Below the pieces are notes generated by a model. That model saw only the letters and a list, made by a program, of their open reading frames with translations. It was not told where the DNA came from and made no database searches. Shown in pieces: positions 9,885 to 21,051 of a stretch of 64,000 nucleotides of DNA. The stretch lies in contig CAVZME010000011.1 in NCBI GenBank assembly GCA_963776385.1, positions 351,806-415,805 of the forward strand, read 5' to 3'. Both the position numbers and the translations under genes were made by a program. Each line of letters starts with the position of its first letter. Position 1 is the stretch's first letter. The stretch is from an uncultured Chloroflexia bacterium. Its GTDB lineage: Bacteria; Chloroflexota; Limnocylindria; Limnocylindrales; CSP1-4.

Positions 9885-10680
9885 CACCGACCGACTCCGA
9901 GATCGAGACCGCGATGACCGCTCTTCGCACCGCTGCTCCACCGACGCTTCGCCCGGCGGTCCTCGCCGAGGTCGGACTGGCCGACCTGTATGCCCGTTTC
10001 GGATCGCCCATCGGGTCGCTCGTCGTGGCCTGGAACGGGTTGGGCGTCTCCGAGGTCGAGGCGACCGACGACGACGCGGCGTTCGAGACGGCCCATCGAG
10101 CACGGACCGGACGTTCGGCATATCGGGTGGCTGAGCTGCCGCCGCGACTCGCCTCGGCGATCGCCCGACGACTCGATGGTGACCGGCGGGTCCGGATCGA
10201 TCTCGACCTCCGCGGCCACACCGACTTCGAACGCGACGTCTGGCACAAGGCCCTGGAGATCCCGCGCGGCGAAGTCCGGCCGTATGGCTGGGTCGCCGCC
10301 GAGATCGGCCGGCCGAAGGCGGTCCGGGCGGTCGGCACCGCGCTCGGGCACAACCCGGTCCCGCTCATCGTGCCCTGCCATCGCGTCGTCCGGAGCGATG
10401 GCACGATCGGCCAGTACTCGCTGGGCGGCCCGGGCAACAAGCGGGCCATCCTGCGGGCCGAGGGCCTCGACCCCGACGGCCTCGAAAGCGCAGCGCGCGT
10501 CGGGGATCCGGTTCGTCGGGTCGGACACGACGCATGTCGTGTGCCTGCCGACCTGCCACCACGCGAAACGGATCACCGCCGGCCCACCGCGTGCCCTTCC
10601 GCTCCTTCGACCACGCTGCGGCAGCCGGCTATCGCGCGTGCCGCCAATGCCGTCCCGACTCGGGCGTCCTGGCAGCCTGA
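9881..10680 (+). CDS. ogt: Methylated-DNA-protein-cysteine methyltransferase fused to a C-terminal Ada-type Zn domain (2 frameshifts near 10497 and 10590)
   Basis: IPRGEVRPYGWVA, RAVGTALGHNPVPLIVPCHRVV. In shifted frames: FVGSDTTHVVCLPTCHHA and AAGYRACRQCRP. ATGA overlap with the sigma gene. Confidence 0.85.
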
Positions 10681-10714
10681 GGATCGGGACTGGACGTCCT
10701 AACCTGCATCTGCC

Positions 10715-10720
10715 TACAAT
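10715..10720 (+). promoter_or_regulatory. -10 element TACAAT upstream of eamA-like gene
   Basis: TACAAT 9 nt before TTG 10730. Confidence 0.5.
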
Positions 10721-10729
10721 CCGGTTACC

Positions 10730-11809
10730 TTGGACCATCCTCCTATGCCAACGTCTTCAACGAAGAGCGCCAGCGGCGCTCCGATCTGGCTCGGGATGCT
10801 CGTCCTCTATCTCGTCTGGGGATCGACGTACCTCGGGATCTCGGTCGCCGTGGACTCGATCCCGCCGTTCCTCATGGCGGCGACCCGATTCCTCCTCGCC
10901 GGGTTGATCCTGCTGACGTGGTCGGTCGCCCGGGCGGGCCGTTCGTTCGTGGTCCCGACGCGACGTGAGGTCCGCGACAGCGCCATCGTCGGGGCGCTCC
11001 TGCTCGGCGGCGGGATGGGTTTCGTCGCATTCGCCGAGCAGACCGTGCCCTCGGGCATCGCCGCGCTCCTCATCGCCACGATGCCGATCTGGGTCGCCGT
11101 CCTTGGCGGGATCTTCCTCGGCGAGCGGCTGCCGCGCCTGGCGATGTTCGGTGTGGTCGTCGGGTTCGTGGGGGTCGCCGTCCTGGCAGCACCGTCGATC
11201 GTCGGCGGGGTCGGGGCGCTCGAACCGGTCGGCCTGCTCTTCTGCCTGCTGTCACCGCTCGCCTGGGCGACGGGCTCGCTCTTCGCGTCGCATCGGGCCA
11301 GCCTGCCCCGGCGGCCACTCGTCGCGACCGGTCTCCAGATGCTGCTCGGCGGACTCGTGTTGTCGGTCATGGCGATCGCCACCGGCGAACTCGCGACGTT
11401 CGATCCCGCCGCGGTCACCCGCGATTCGGTCCTCGCGTTCCTCTACCTGACGGTGGTCGGCAGCCTCCTCGCCTTCACGGTCTTCGGCTACATGCTCCGG
11501 GTCGCGCCACTGCCGCTGGTGACGACATATGCCTACGTCAACCCGGTCGTGGCGGTCATCCTGGGCGCCATCGTCCTGGGCGAGGTCATCGATGCCCGGA
11601 CGGTGGTGGCCGGCACGATCATCGTCGTGGCCGTCGCACTCATCGTGACCGCCCGCGGGCGGATGGCGGCACCGCGGGCGACGCGCGTCGCGGCATCGGC
11701 GGTGTCCGGACTCCGGCCAGGCGGCGGCCTCGACCAGCTGACGGACCGGCCGATCACGTCTCGGCGAGGATCCCTCGGGCAACCCGTCGGGCCATCGCCA
11801 TCACGGTGA
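10730..11809 (+). CDS. EamA/DMT family transporter (YedA-like)
   Basis: VLYLVWGSTYLGI, PPFLMAATRFLLAG, YAYVNPVVAVILG; about 10 TM helices. Start may be ATG 10745. Confidence 0.9.
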   Translation: MDHPPMPTSSTKSASGAPIWLGMLVLYLVWGSTYLGISVAVDSIPPFLMAATRFLLAGLILLTWSVARAGRSFVVPTRREVRDSAIVGALLLGGGMGFVAFAEQTVPSGIAALLIATMPIWVAVLGGIFLGERLPRLAMFGVVVGFVGVAVLAAPSIVGGVGALEPVGLLFCLLSPLAWATGSLFASHRASLPRRPLVATGLQMLLGGLVLSVMAIATGELATFDPAAVTRDSVLAFLYLTVVGSLLAFTVFGYMLRVAPLPLVTTYAYVNPVVAVILGAIVLGEVIDARTVVAGTIIVVAVALIVTARGRMAAPRATRVAASAVSGLRPGGGLDQLTDRPITSRRGSLGQPVGPSPSR

Positions 11810-13754
11810 TCATCGGATTGACCCCGATGCCCGGTCGGGAACAGCGACCCGTCGCCGACGTAGAGCCCCGCCACCGCGCGATCGTCTCGATCCGAGACGC
11901 GAACGCGACCGGCCGGGTCGCACGGGTGCGCACCGGGGTCCGCGCCCATCCGGACGGACCCCATCTGGTGCGCGGAGAAGACGACGCCTCGGTTGGGGGC
12001 GAAGTCGAAATCGGCGAGGACCTTTTCGAATCCCGCGAAGCGTCGTCCCGGCTCGGCGCTATCTGACGGATCCGGGCGGTACCAGGCGGGCGGCGACCCG
12101 AGGGCCACGATCTCGGTCGCTCCGGCGGCCCGCATCAGGCGCGCCATCGAGACGAGCGCATGGCGCATGGTCGCGATGCCGGTCGCGTCGAGCGCGTAGT
12201 CGAGCCGGACCCCGCCGCTCTTGGTCAGCGTTGCGCGGCCCTCGCCACCGTCCCGGGTCACCGCGATGAGCGGGGAGATGTGGTCGATCCCGTCCATGAC
12301 GCGGGCGTGGGCCGCGGTGCCTTCCCAGGGCAGGGCGAGCGCGATGAGGCCTGGGTGCCCCGGCACGGACTCGATCGCGTAGCCGTTCCGGCCGGCCGCC
12401 GGGGCGGAGAATTCGAGCGATCGAGCGCCCTGCAGGGTGCCCCGCCACATCTCGACGAGTTCCGTGAACATTCCCGCGACGGCGGGCACAGGATGGAGCC
12501 GCAGATGGCGGCCGATATGCGGGTGCTCGAGACCGCTCGCCTGCAGGATCCCCGGTGTGCGGAGTGCCCCTGCGGCCACCACGACCGTCGGTGCGCGGAC
12601 GACCAGGCGGCGGGCGTCGCTCCCCTGCCCGACCGTCGCTTCGACGCCGACCGCCCGTCCGCCCTCGAGCATCACTCGCCTGACCCGCGCGTCGGCCACC
12701 ACCCGAGCCCCGCGCCGCTGACGCCTCGGCGAGGTGCACCCGGATGCCGGATCGCTTGGTCCCGCGCGGGCACCCGAAGCCGCAGCTGCCGCAGTCGCCG
12801 CACGCGTCGGCGTTGCGCCGTGTCGGGGCCGCCTCCCAGCCGAGTGCCCGCGCCCCTCGGACGAGGATCGCGTCCTTCGGCGGGATGTGCGTGGATTCGG
12901 CGACGCCGAGTTCGGATTCGATGGCGGCAACATCGCTCGCCCACGGTTCGCCGGTCATCCCCTCGAGACCGTGGTCGGTCTGCCATTCGGCGCGGACATC
13001 CTCGGGCGCCGAGATGCAGGTCATCCAGTTGATGAGCGTGCCGCCACCGACGCCGGTCCCCGCCAGCATCGTGATCGAGCCGTCCCACGTCGTCGTCAGC
13101 CCGTGATCGAGGTAGTGGCGGTCGAACCCGTCGAGTTCTCTCCGGGGCAATGTCGCCTCGTCGGAGAATGGGCCGGCCTCGAGGACCACGACCGATCGAC
13201 CGGCACCGGCCAGCGCTGCCGCGATGACGCCCCCGCCCGCCCCGGACCCGACGATCACGGCGTCGGCGTCGAGCGTGACAGGTGCGTCGTCCGCGCCCGT
13301 GCCGAGCGGCCGTCCCGGAAGCGATTCGACACGGACCGCGGTCAGTCGTTGGGCCACTGGGGGGTCGTCCGTCCGGAACCCGAGCGCCGCCAGGCGGGGG
13401 TCGGCCAGACCGTCGCCACCGGGGGCATACGCCAGGAACGTCAGGAGCTTGCGGAACGCCCCGACGGCCGACCGTCGCTGTGGGATCCGGGAACCGGCCC
13501 AGCCCAGCAGGTATCGCTCCCGGGCTTCTGGAGTCATCGCCGTGAACGCCCTCGGGCCGGCCGGTCAGGGCGAGGTTCGCGGCCCTCGAATCCATCGTGC
13601 GAAGGACCAGTCGCAGGAGCCGGAGCTGCTCCGGATCGGCGGTCTGGGTGAGAGCCTGCCCCGCGAGCGTCGCGCGCCTCTCGGCGTCACCCGGGACGAA
13701 TGTCTCCGCGAGGGCGACAAGGACCGCCGTCTCCCGGGCCGACCAGCCGTCCAC
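11754..13754 (-). CDS. GMC oxidoreductase, long-chain fatty alcohol oxidase-like (3 frameshifts)
   Basis: FAD motif IVGSGAGGG, VVVLEAG, GVGGGTLINW, VVVAAGALRTPGIL, SAHQMGSVRMG, C-terminal GVNPMITVMAMA reconstructed across frames. Confidence 0.85.
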
Positions 13755-13772
13755 GCCTCGAGTCGATGCGGC

Positions 13773-13994
13773 TCAGGCGGCCAGCGGGTGGCGGCGACGG
13801 CGCCGGACGACCCACACACCGACGACCAATGGCACGCCGGCGGCCAGGGCCAGGAAGAACCCGAACGTGCCCGCCCGCGGATTGCCGTTGATGAAGCCGC
13901 CGACGACGAAGTGCCAGATGCCGAAGAGCGCCGCGCCCAGCAATGCGATCGCGACGATGGCGACGACGATGCGGCCGCCGGTCGTCCCGGTCAT
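13773..13994 (-). CDS. Small two-helix membrane protein (73 aa)
   Basis: MTGTTGGRIVVAIVAIALLGAALFGIWHF...WVVRRRRR; ATGA-coupled to the acyl-CoA dehydrogenase stop. Confidence 0.6.
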   Translation of the reverse strand: MTGTTGGRIVVAIVAIALLGAALFGIWHFVVGGFINGNPRAGTFGFFLALAAGVPLVVGVWVVRRRRRHPLAA

Positions 13995-15199
13995 GGATTC
14001 GGGCGTTGCCAGCCCTGGGCCGGCCACGGCTCGCAGCGGAGCGGCCGGTCCTCGCGGTAGCCGAGCGCGTAGTCCGCCTGGATGAGCGTGTGGAGCTGGC
14101 TGGTTCCCTCGTAGATGACCGCAGCCTTGGAATTGCGCAGGTAGCGTTCGACCGGGAACTCGTTCGAGTAGCCGTTGGCGCCGTGGACCTGGATCGCGTC
14201 CATCGCGGACTGGACCGCATGCTCGGTGGCGTGCCATTTGGCAAGGCTCGTCTCGCGCGTGTTGCGCAGGCCCTGGTTCTTGAGCCAGCCCGCCCGCCAG
14301 ACGAGGAGCCTGCCCATCTCGGTCCCGGCCGCCATCTTGGCGATCATCTGCTTGACCAGCTGGTGTTCGCCGATCTCCTGCCCGAACGTGTGCCGCTCGT
14401 GCGCGTAGCGGACGGAGGCGTCCAGGCACGCCTGGGCGAGGCCGACCGCGCCGGCGGCCACCGTGAACCGGCCCTGGTCGATGGCGCTCATCGCGATGAG
14501 GAAGCCCTCGCCCTCCTCGCCGATGCGGTTCTCGACCGGGACCGGGACGTCATCGAGGTTGATCAACCCGGTGTTGCCCGCCCGGATGCCGAGCTTGCCG
14601 TGGAGCGTGCCGGTCGACAGCCCGGCCATCCCGCGCTCGAGCATGAACGCGGTCACGCCCTTGTGCTTCTTCGCCCGGTCGACCGACGCGAAGACCAGGA
14701 AGTGGTCGGCGAGGTCGGCCAGCGAGATCCAGATCTTCTGGCCGTTGAGCCGGTAGGCGTCACCGTCCCGGCGCGCGGTGGTCTGCAGGTTGCCCGCGTC
14801 CGTGCCGACGCCCGGCTCGGTCAGCCCGAATGTCGCGAGCTTCTCGCCACGCGCCTGCGGCACCAGCCAGCGCTGACGCTGTTCCTCGGTGCCCCACTGG
14901 AGGAGGGCCAGCGAGTTCAGCCCGACGTGGACGCTCTGGACGACACGGAACGAGGTGTCGGCACGCTCCAGCTCCTCGCACAGGATGGCGAACGAGAGGT
15001 AGTCCATCCCGCCGCCGCCGTATGCCTCGGGGATCGGGGCGCCAAGGAATCCGAGCTCGCCCATCTTCTCGAACAGTTCGCGATGGACCTCGCCCTTGGC
15101 GTCCCAGTCGCGGATGAACGGCAGGATCTCGGCCTCGGCGAAGGCCCGGACGCTCTGCTGGACGAGCCGGTTCTCGTCGGTCAGGGTGAAGTCGACCAT
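13991..15199 (-). CDS. Acyl-CoA dehydrogenase
   Basis: FGLTEPGVGTDA, LNGQKIWIS, DAIQVHGANGY, IYEGTSQL. Confidence 0.95.
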   Translation of the reverse strand: MVDFTLTDENRLVQQSVRAFAEAEILPFIRDWDAKGEVHRELFEKMGELGFLGAPIPEAYGGGGMDYLSFAILCEELERADTSFRVVQSVHVGLNSLALLQWGTEEQRQRWLVPQARGEKLATFGLTEPGVGTDAGNLQTTARRDGDAYRLNGQKIWISLADLADHFLVFASVDRAKKHKGVTAFMLERGMAGLSTGTLHGKLGIRAGNTGLINLDDVPVPVENRIGEEGEGFLIAMSAIDQGRFTVAAGAVGLAQACLDASVRYAHERHTFGQEIGEHQLVKQMIAKMAAGTEMGRLLVWRAGWLKNQGLRNTRETSLAKWHATEHAVQSAMDAIQVHGANGYSNEFPVERYLRNSKAAVIYEGTSQLHTLIQADYALGYREDRPLRCEPWPAQGWQRPNP

Positions 15200-15242
15200 G
15201 CCGCCGATCGTAGCAGGGCGCCTCCGGCTCAGGAGCCGCCCG

Positions 15243-15248
15243 TATACT
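15243..15248 (+). promoter_or_regulatory. -10 element TATACT of the aminotransferase gene, divergent from TACGAT (15207-15212, minus strand)
   Basis: TATACT upstream of SD AGGAG and ATG 15282. Confidence 0.5.
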
Positions 15249-15281
15249 CGACCGACTTCGCCCCAGGAGCCCGACCGACCG

Positions 15282-16588
15282 ATGACGACCGACGCCAGTC
15301 TCGATTACGCCGCCCTCGCCGACGCCAACCTGACGCCCGTCCTCGGCCGCTACTTCCAGCGATCGTGGAGCCACGGCGTCGGGCATCGGCTGTACGACAG
15401 CGACGGCCGGGCGTATCTCGACTTCGCGAACGGGATCGCGGTGACCGGGTTGGGCCACGCCCATCCGCGGGTGACGGCGGCGATCCACGCGCAGGTCGAC
15501 CGCCTGATCGGGCCGGTCTCGGCGCTCGGGTTCGCCGAACCGATCTCGCGACTCGCGGTCGAGCTCGCCGGCACGTTTCCCGGCGCCGCTCGACTCGGTC
15601 ATGTTCCTCAACTCCGGTTCCGAGGTCATCGACGGCGCGCTCAAGCTCGCGCGGCGGGTGACGGGACGGCCGGGGATCATCGCGTTCCGCGGCGGATTCC
15701 ACGGCCGGACGCTCGGCGCGACCAGCGTGACATCGTCGAACATCAACTACCGGACCGGCTACGAGCCACTCCTGCCCGGCGTCTACCTGGCGCCATTCCC
15801 GATGGCCTACCCGGAGTTCGGTGGTGACGAGGAGGCGGCCTCGGACGCCGCCCTGGCAGAGCTTCGGACGATGCTCCGGTCGGTCGTGGCGCCGTCGACG
15901 ATCGGGTCGGTCCTGATCGAGCCCGTCCTCGGCGAGGGCGGCTACGTGCCGGCTCCGGCGTCATTCCTGCGGGCACTCCGGGAGCTCTGCGATGAGCATG
16001 GGATCCTGCTGATCGCCGACGAAGTCCAGTGCGGCTACGGCCGGACCGGGAGGATGTGGGCCTTCGAACATGCCGGCATCGTGCCTGACGTCGTCGTCGT
16101 GGCCAAAGCCATCGCCAACGGCCTGCCGCTGTCAGCGATCGTGTCGTCGCGCGAGCTGCAGGAGCGCTGGGGCCGCGGTGCGCACGGCTCGACGTATGGC
16201 GGGAATCCCGTGGCGTGCGCGGCGGGCCTGGCGGTCCTCGAGACGATGCGCGACGAGCGCCTCATCGACAACGTCGTGGCGCGCGGCGCCGAGCTCATGG
16301 CCGGCCTGGGCGCCATCGCCGCAGAGGACGACCGGATCGGAGACATCCGTGGCCTGGGGCTCATGGTCGGGGTCGAGTTCACCCGCGACCGGGCGACCGG
16401 CGAGCCGGACGCCGTGCTGCCCGACCGGCTCATGGCGGCCTGCGCTGATGCCGGCCTTCTCGTGCTTGTCCTGCGGCCGCCAGCACGAAGTCATCCGCTG
16501 GATCCCACCGATCGACGTGACCGCCGCCGAGATCGCCGAGGCGGTCGAGATCTTCGGGGAGACCCTGGCGAGTATCCCGAGGGCGTAG
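15282..16588 (+). CDS. Class III PLP aminotransferase (GABA/5-aminovalerate aminotransferase-like; frameshifts near 15585 and 16470)
   Basis: YLDFANGIAVTGLGH, NSGSEVIDGALK, FHGRT, LIADEVQCGYGRTG, VVAKAIANG (PLP lysine), STYGGNP. Confidence 0.88.
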
Positions 16589-16674
16589 CGCCCTGGCGGA
16601 TCCGCGATTCGCGGCGAGCGACGAGCGCGCCCGGCCCCGGGCTGGCGACGTTCCTGCGTGATGCTATCCGGATC

Positions 16675-16695
16675 CGCGCCGGTCAGACCGGCGCG
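16675..16695. terminator. GC-rich hairpin between convergent genes
   Basis: CGCGCCGGT-cag-ACCGGCGCG, perfect 9-bp stem, no U-tract. Confidence 0.45.
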
Positions 16696-16708
16696 TGACC
16701 CAGCAGGT

Positions 16709-16903
16709 TCAGCGGTTCTGGGACAGGAACTTCATGACGTCGTCGAGTCGAAACCGACGGTCGCCACGCTTGCACACGCGGTAGAAGGGAAGCTCACCGC
16801 GATCGCCGAGCCGCTTCACCGTGTTGACGTGCAGGTGAAGCATGTCCGCGACTTCGGTTGCGGTGAGCATCGGTCCAAGTTCGTTGACGGCCATCGATGC
16901 CAT
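16709..16903 (-). CDS. Small excisionase/BldC-like helix-turn-helix protein (HTH_17)
   Basis: MLTATEVADMLHLHVNTVKRLGDRGELPFYRVCKRGDRRFRLDDV. Confidence 0.85.
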   Translation of the reverse strand: MASMAVNELGPMLTATEVADMLHLHVNTVKRLGDRGELPFYRVCKRGDRRFRLDDVMKFLSQNR

Positions 16904-17055
16904 GTGGTTCGTTGCCTCGCTCTGCAGTCGTCTCAGGCAGGTCCGGGCCCCTAAAGTGGGACGGGGTATGGTCCGGCTCGCTGTGTTGCAGAGCGTAGGA
17001 GTGGGCACGGGGAGCGACTAGCCGTACTTTGGTATGACGGCAGTACCAGCGGTCG

Positions 17056-18247
17056 TCACTCCCCTCTGCCGACCTGGAAGGCATCGGTCGTGCCTCGCGC
17101 GTCGGCGACGATGGTGATCTCGAGGCTCGGAAGCCGCTGCAGGACGCGGTCCGACAGCGGTGACCGGCGGACCCGCTCCATCGTGGACGAACTCCGATAC
17201 GGGAGCACGAGACGGGTGACCCGGCGAGCGAGTGCAACCTGGACGATGCCTTCGGCGAGGTCCGACGCCTCGACCGTGATGATCTCGGCTCCCAGGTCGG
17301 TGGCGTCGTCGAGCTGCTCGCGGATCTGACGGAGCCGTTCGGACGGAGCGCCCGCGTCGGCTGGGGTAGCGACAACGAGGGCCATCAGCGGCGCTCGCAG
17401 GATGGCCGCCGTCGCGGCGGCTCGGCGCAAGGCCCGAGGGGTCGCCTGCGACCCATCGACGAGGACGAGCACTCGCTCACTGACACTCTGGATCGGCCGT
17501 GCGCTCGCGATGCCTTCGAGCTGGGCGTCGACGCGTCCGGCGACGAACCGGAGGGCGAGCTCGCGGAGCGCCGTCAGGTTGTTCTCGGTGAAGAACCGAT
17601 CGAGCGCGACGCGGGTGCGATCGGGTGGGTAGACGTTCCCGTGGCGCATCCGCTGGCGAAGTGCGTACGGGCTCATGTCGACGAGTTCGACTTCGTCAGC
17701 GGCCGCAAGAACTTCGTCAGGGATGCGCTCGTTGACCGGCGCCCCGGTGATCGTGGCGACCGCATCGGCGACTGAATCGAGGTGCTGGATATTGCAGGTG
17801 GAGACGACATCGATGCCCGCGTCGAGGATGATCTCGACGTCTTCCCAACGCTTGGCCCGATTCGAGCCGGGCGCATTGGTGTGCGCCAGCTCGTCGACGA
17901 GCGCGACGGCCGGGTGGCGGGCCACGATCGCGTCGGTATCCATCTCCTCGACGACGACACCGCGGTATTCGACCCGGCGCCGGGGAACGGTCTCGAGGCC
18001 GTCGAGCAGCTTCACCGTCTCGGGTCGGCCGTGCGCCTCGACGAAACCGACCACAAGGTCTGTCCCGCGGGCCGTACGACGGTGACCCTCCTCCAGCATC
18101 CGGTACGTCTTGCCGACGCCGGGAGCCATCCCGAGGTAGACGCGCAGCCGGCCTCTCTCGCGCTCGCCGCTCGACGTGCCGATCGCGAGCGAGCATCTCC
18201 TCGGCCGACGGGCGACCGTCCGAATCGTCCCGATCCCGGTCGTTCAA
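17056..18247 (-). CDS. kdpD: Stand-alone KdpD N-terminal module (KdpD ATP-binding domain + Usp domain), no TM or kinase part (frameshift near 18185)
   Basis: GRLRVYLGMAPGVGKTY, ALVDELAHTN, STCNIQHLDS, then a Usp-like domain ending at stop 17056. Confidence 0.9.
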
Positions 18248-18271
18248 GTCAGTGCCTCCATCTACCGTGGG

Positions 18272-18876
18272 TCAGTGTGAAAGGAGACCGTCGAGATCGA
18301 GGTTGAGGAGCAGGACGTTGACCCGTGGCTGACCAAGGAACCCGAGGAGCGGCTGCTCCGTATGTCGTGCGACGACCGCCCGGACGTCGGCCTCGGACAT
18401 GCTGCGAGCCTTGGCGACGCGGGCGACCTGGTATTCCGCCCCCGCTGGGCTGATATCCGGATCGAGCCCCGACGCGGACGTCGTGACGAGGTCCACCGGG
18501 AACGGGCTTGTCGCCGTTCGCGGCCCGCATCGCGTCGACCTGGGCGGTGATTCGGTCGATCAGCTTCTGGTTGGTCGGCCCGAGGTTCGAGCCGGCGGAC
18601 GCGTTCGCGTCGTACCCGCCCGGGTTCGCGTCGGTCACTCCGGCCGCCGAGGGCCGGCCCGAGAAGTACTGCGGGCTGGCTGAATGCCTGGCCGATGAGG
18701 CTGGAGCCGATCGTGCGGCCGTCGGCGGTCTGGATGAACGAGCCGTTGGCCTGGCTCGGAAAGGCGACCTGGGCGACCGCGGTCACGGCGAGTGGGTAGA
18801 GGAAGCCAGTCACGACCGTGATCACGAGCAGGAGGGCGATGGCGGGCCACAGCCGGTGTCGGAGGAAGGTGGTCAT
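18272..18876 (-). CDS. kdpC: K+-transporting ATPase subunit C (2 frameshifts)
   Basis: [62 protein letters not shown]. Confidence 0.92.
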
Positions 18877-18885
18877 CGATCTGTC

Positions 18886-21051
18886 CTATGCGAGGTGGAG
18901 GGCCGGAGACGACGAGGTCGATCGCCTTGATCCCGATGAACGGGGCGATGATCCCGCCGACGCCGTAGATGAGCAGGTTCCGCTGGAGCAGGACGCTCGC
19001 CGGAGCTGGCTTGAACGAGACGCCACGGAGGGCCAGCGGGATCAGCGCGACGATGACCAGCGCGTTGAAGATGACCGCCGACAGGATCGCGCTCTGCGGT
19101 GACGACAGGCCCATCACGTTGAGTGCGTTGAGCTCCGGGAAGACCGCGAGGAACATCGCCGGGACGATGGCGAAGTACTTGGCGACGTCATTGGCGATGG
19201 AGAAGGTCGTGATCGAGCCGCGGGTGATCAGCAGCTGCTTGCCGATCGCGATGACCTCGAGCAGCTTGGTCGGATCGGAGTCGAGGTCGACCATGTTGGC
19301 GGCGTCCTTGGCGGCCGAGGTGCCGCTGTTCATCGCCAGCCCGACGTCGGACTGGGCGAGCGCCGGAGCGTCGTTCGTGCCGTCACCGGTCATCGCGACC
19401 AGGTGGCCCTCGGCCTGCTGCGCCCGGATGAACGCGATCTTCTCCTCGGGCGTGGCCTGCGCGATGAAGTCGTCGACGCCGGCTTCCTTGGCGATCGTTG
19501 CCGCGGTCCGCGGATTGTCGCCGGTGATCATCACGGTACGGATGCCCATCCGACGGAACTCGGCGAAACGCTCCACGAGTCCTTCCTTGACGGTGTCCTT
19601 GAGCTCGATGACGCCGAGGACGCGGCCCTCGCTCTCGAGGACGAGCGGTGTGGCGCCGAGATCGGCGATCCGATCCGCGTCGGCGGCGACGCCGCTCGGG
19701 CAGCGCGCCGACCTTCTTCTCGATCGCGTCGACCGCTCCCTTCAGGATGGTGACGCCAGCCGTCGTCTTGACGCCACTCGTGCGCGTCTCGGCGCGGAAG
19801 GCGATCTCCTCGACGATGGTCCCGCTCAGCTTGGCGAACGCGGCGTCGTCGCCGACACCGGCCGGGCGCCCGAGCTCAGCCAGGCGCTTGCGCGCCAGGT
19901 CGACGACGGAGCGGCCCTCAGGCGTCTCGTCCTTGATCGACGAAACAAGAGCGGCTTCGACCGCTTCGGCCTCCGCGACGCCGGCCGCCGGCACGATCGA
20001 AGCGGCCAGGCGGTTGCCGTACGTGATCGTGCCCGTCTTGTCGAGCAGGATGACGTCGACGTCACCGGAGGCCTCGACGGCACGGCCGCTCATCGCCAGG
20101 ACGTTGAACCGCGCGACGCGATCCATGCCCGCGATGCCGATGGCCGACAGGAGGCCGCCGATGGTGGTCGGGATGAGGCAGACGAGCAGGGCGATGAGCG
20201 CGACGGTGTCGACGGTCGTGCCGGCGTACTCGCCGAATGGCCGCAGGGTGACGGTGGCCATCAGGAAGATGATCGTGAGGCCGGCGAGGAGGATCGCGAG
20301 TGCGATCTCGTTCGGCGTCCGCTGGCGCTTCGCGCCCTCGACGAGGGCGATCATCCGATCGAGGAACGTCTCGCCCGGGTCGGACGTCACCTCGACGACG
20401 ATGCGGTCGCTGACGAGCGTCGTGCCACCGGTGACTGAGCTCCGGATATCCGTGCCCGGCTCCTTGAGGACCGGCGCGGATTCGCCGGTGATCGCCGCCT
20501 CGTTGACGAACCCGATGCCCTCGATGACGTCGCCGTCACCGGCGATCGTCTCGCCTTCCTCGACGACGATGATGTCGCCCTTGCGCAGCTCGGACGAGCC
20601 GACGTTCTCCAGCGTCCCGTCGGCCAGGCGGCGGTGGGCGGTCGTCTCTGAGCGTGTGCGGCGCAAGGTCGCGGCCTGTGCCCGGCCACGCGCCTCAGCG
20701 ACCGCCTCGGCGTAGGTCGCGAAGAGGACCGTGAACCACAGCCAGATCCGCGATCTGGACCGGGAACCCGAGGCCGCCCGTCGCCCGTCGGCTGCACGCC
20801 GTGCACGTCGGCGACGGCGGTCAGGGTCACGAGGACCGCGGTGATCTCCACGACGAACATGACCGGGTTCTTGATCAGCAGGCGCGGATCGAGCTTCCGG
20901 AAGGCGTGCGGGATGGCGGACCGGAGGAGGTCCGGGTCGAGGATGCCACGCGGCCGGGGCGGCTCGCCGCGATGGCTTCGGCGCCACCGAGCGTGACGAA
21001 GCGCTGGAAGCGGCGGGTGCCGCGACCGAGATCGACGGACAGGAGAGCCAT
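18886..21051 (-). CDS. kdpB: K+-transporting ATPase subunit B (P-type ATPase; several frameshifts)
   Basis: [25 protein letters not shown], phosphorylation motif [34 protein letters not shown]. Confidence 0.95.

Noticed and set aside
11754-11809. 56-bp convergent overlap of eamA and GMC 3-prime ends as antisense regulation
   Set aside because: The EamA tail is low-complexity and may be extended by an indel; short convergent overlaps are common in GC-rich genomes.
16709-16903. Excisionase marking a prophage or ICE
   Set aside because: No integrase, att repeat or phage/conjugation gene nearby; fits stand-alone BldC-like regulators better.
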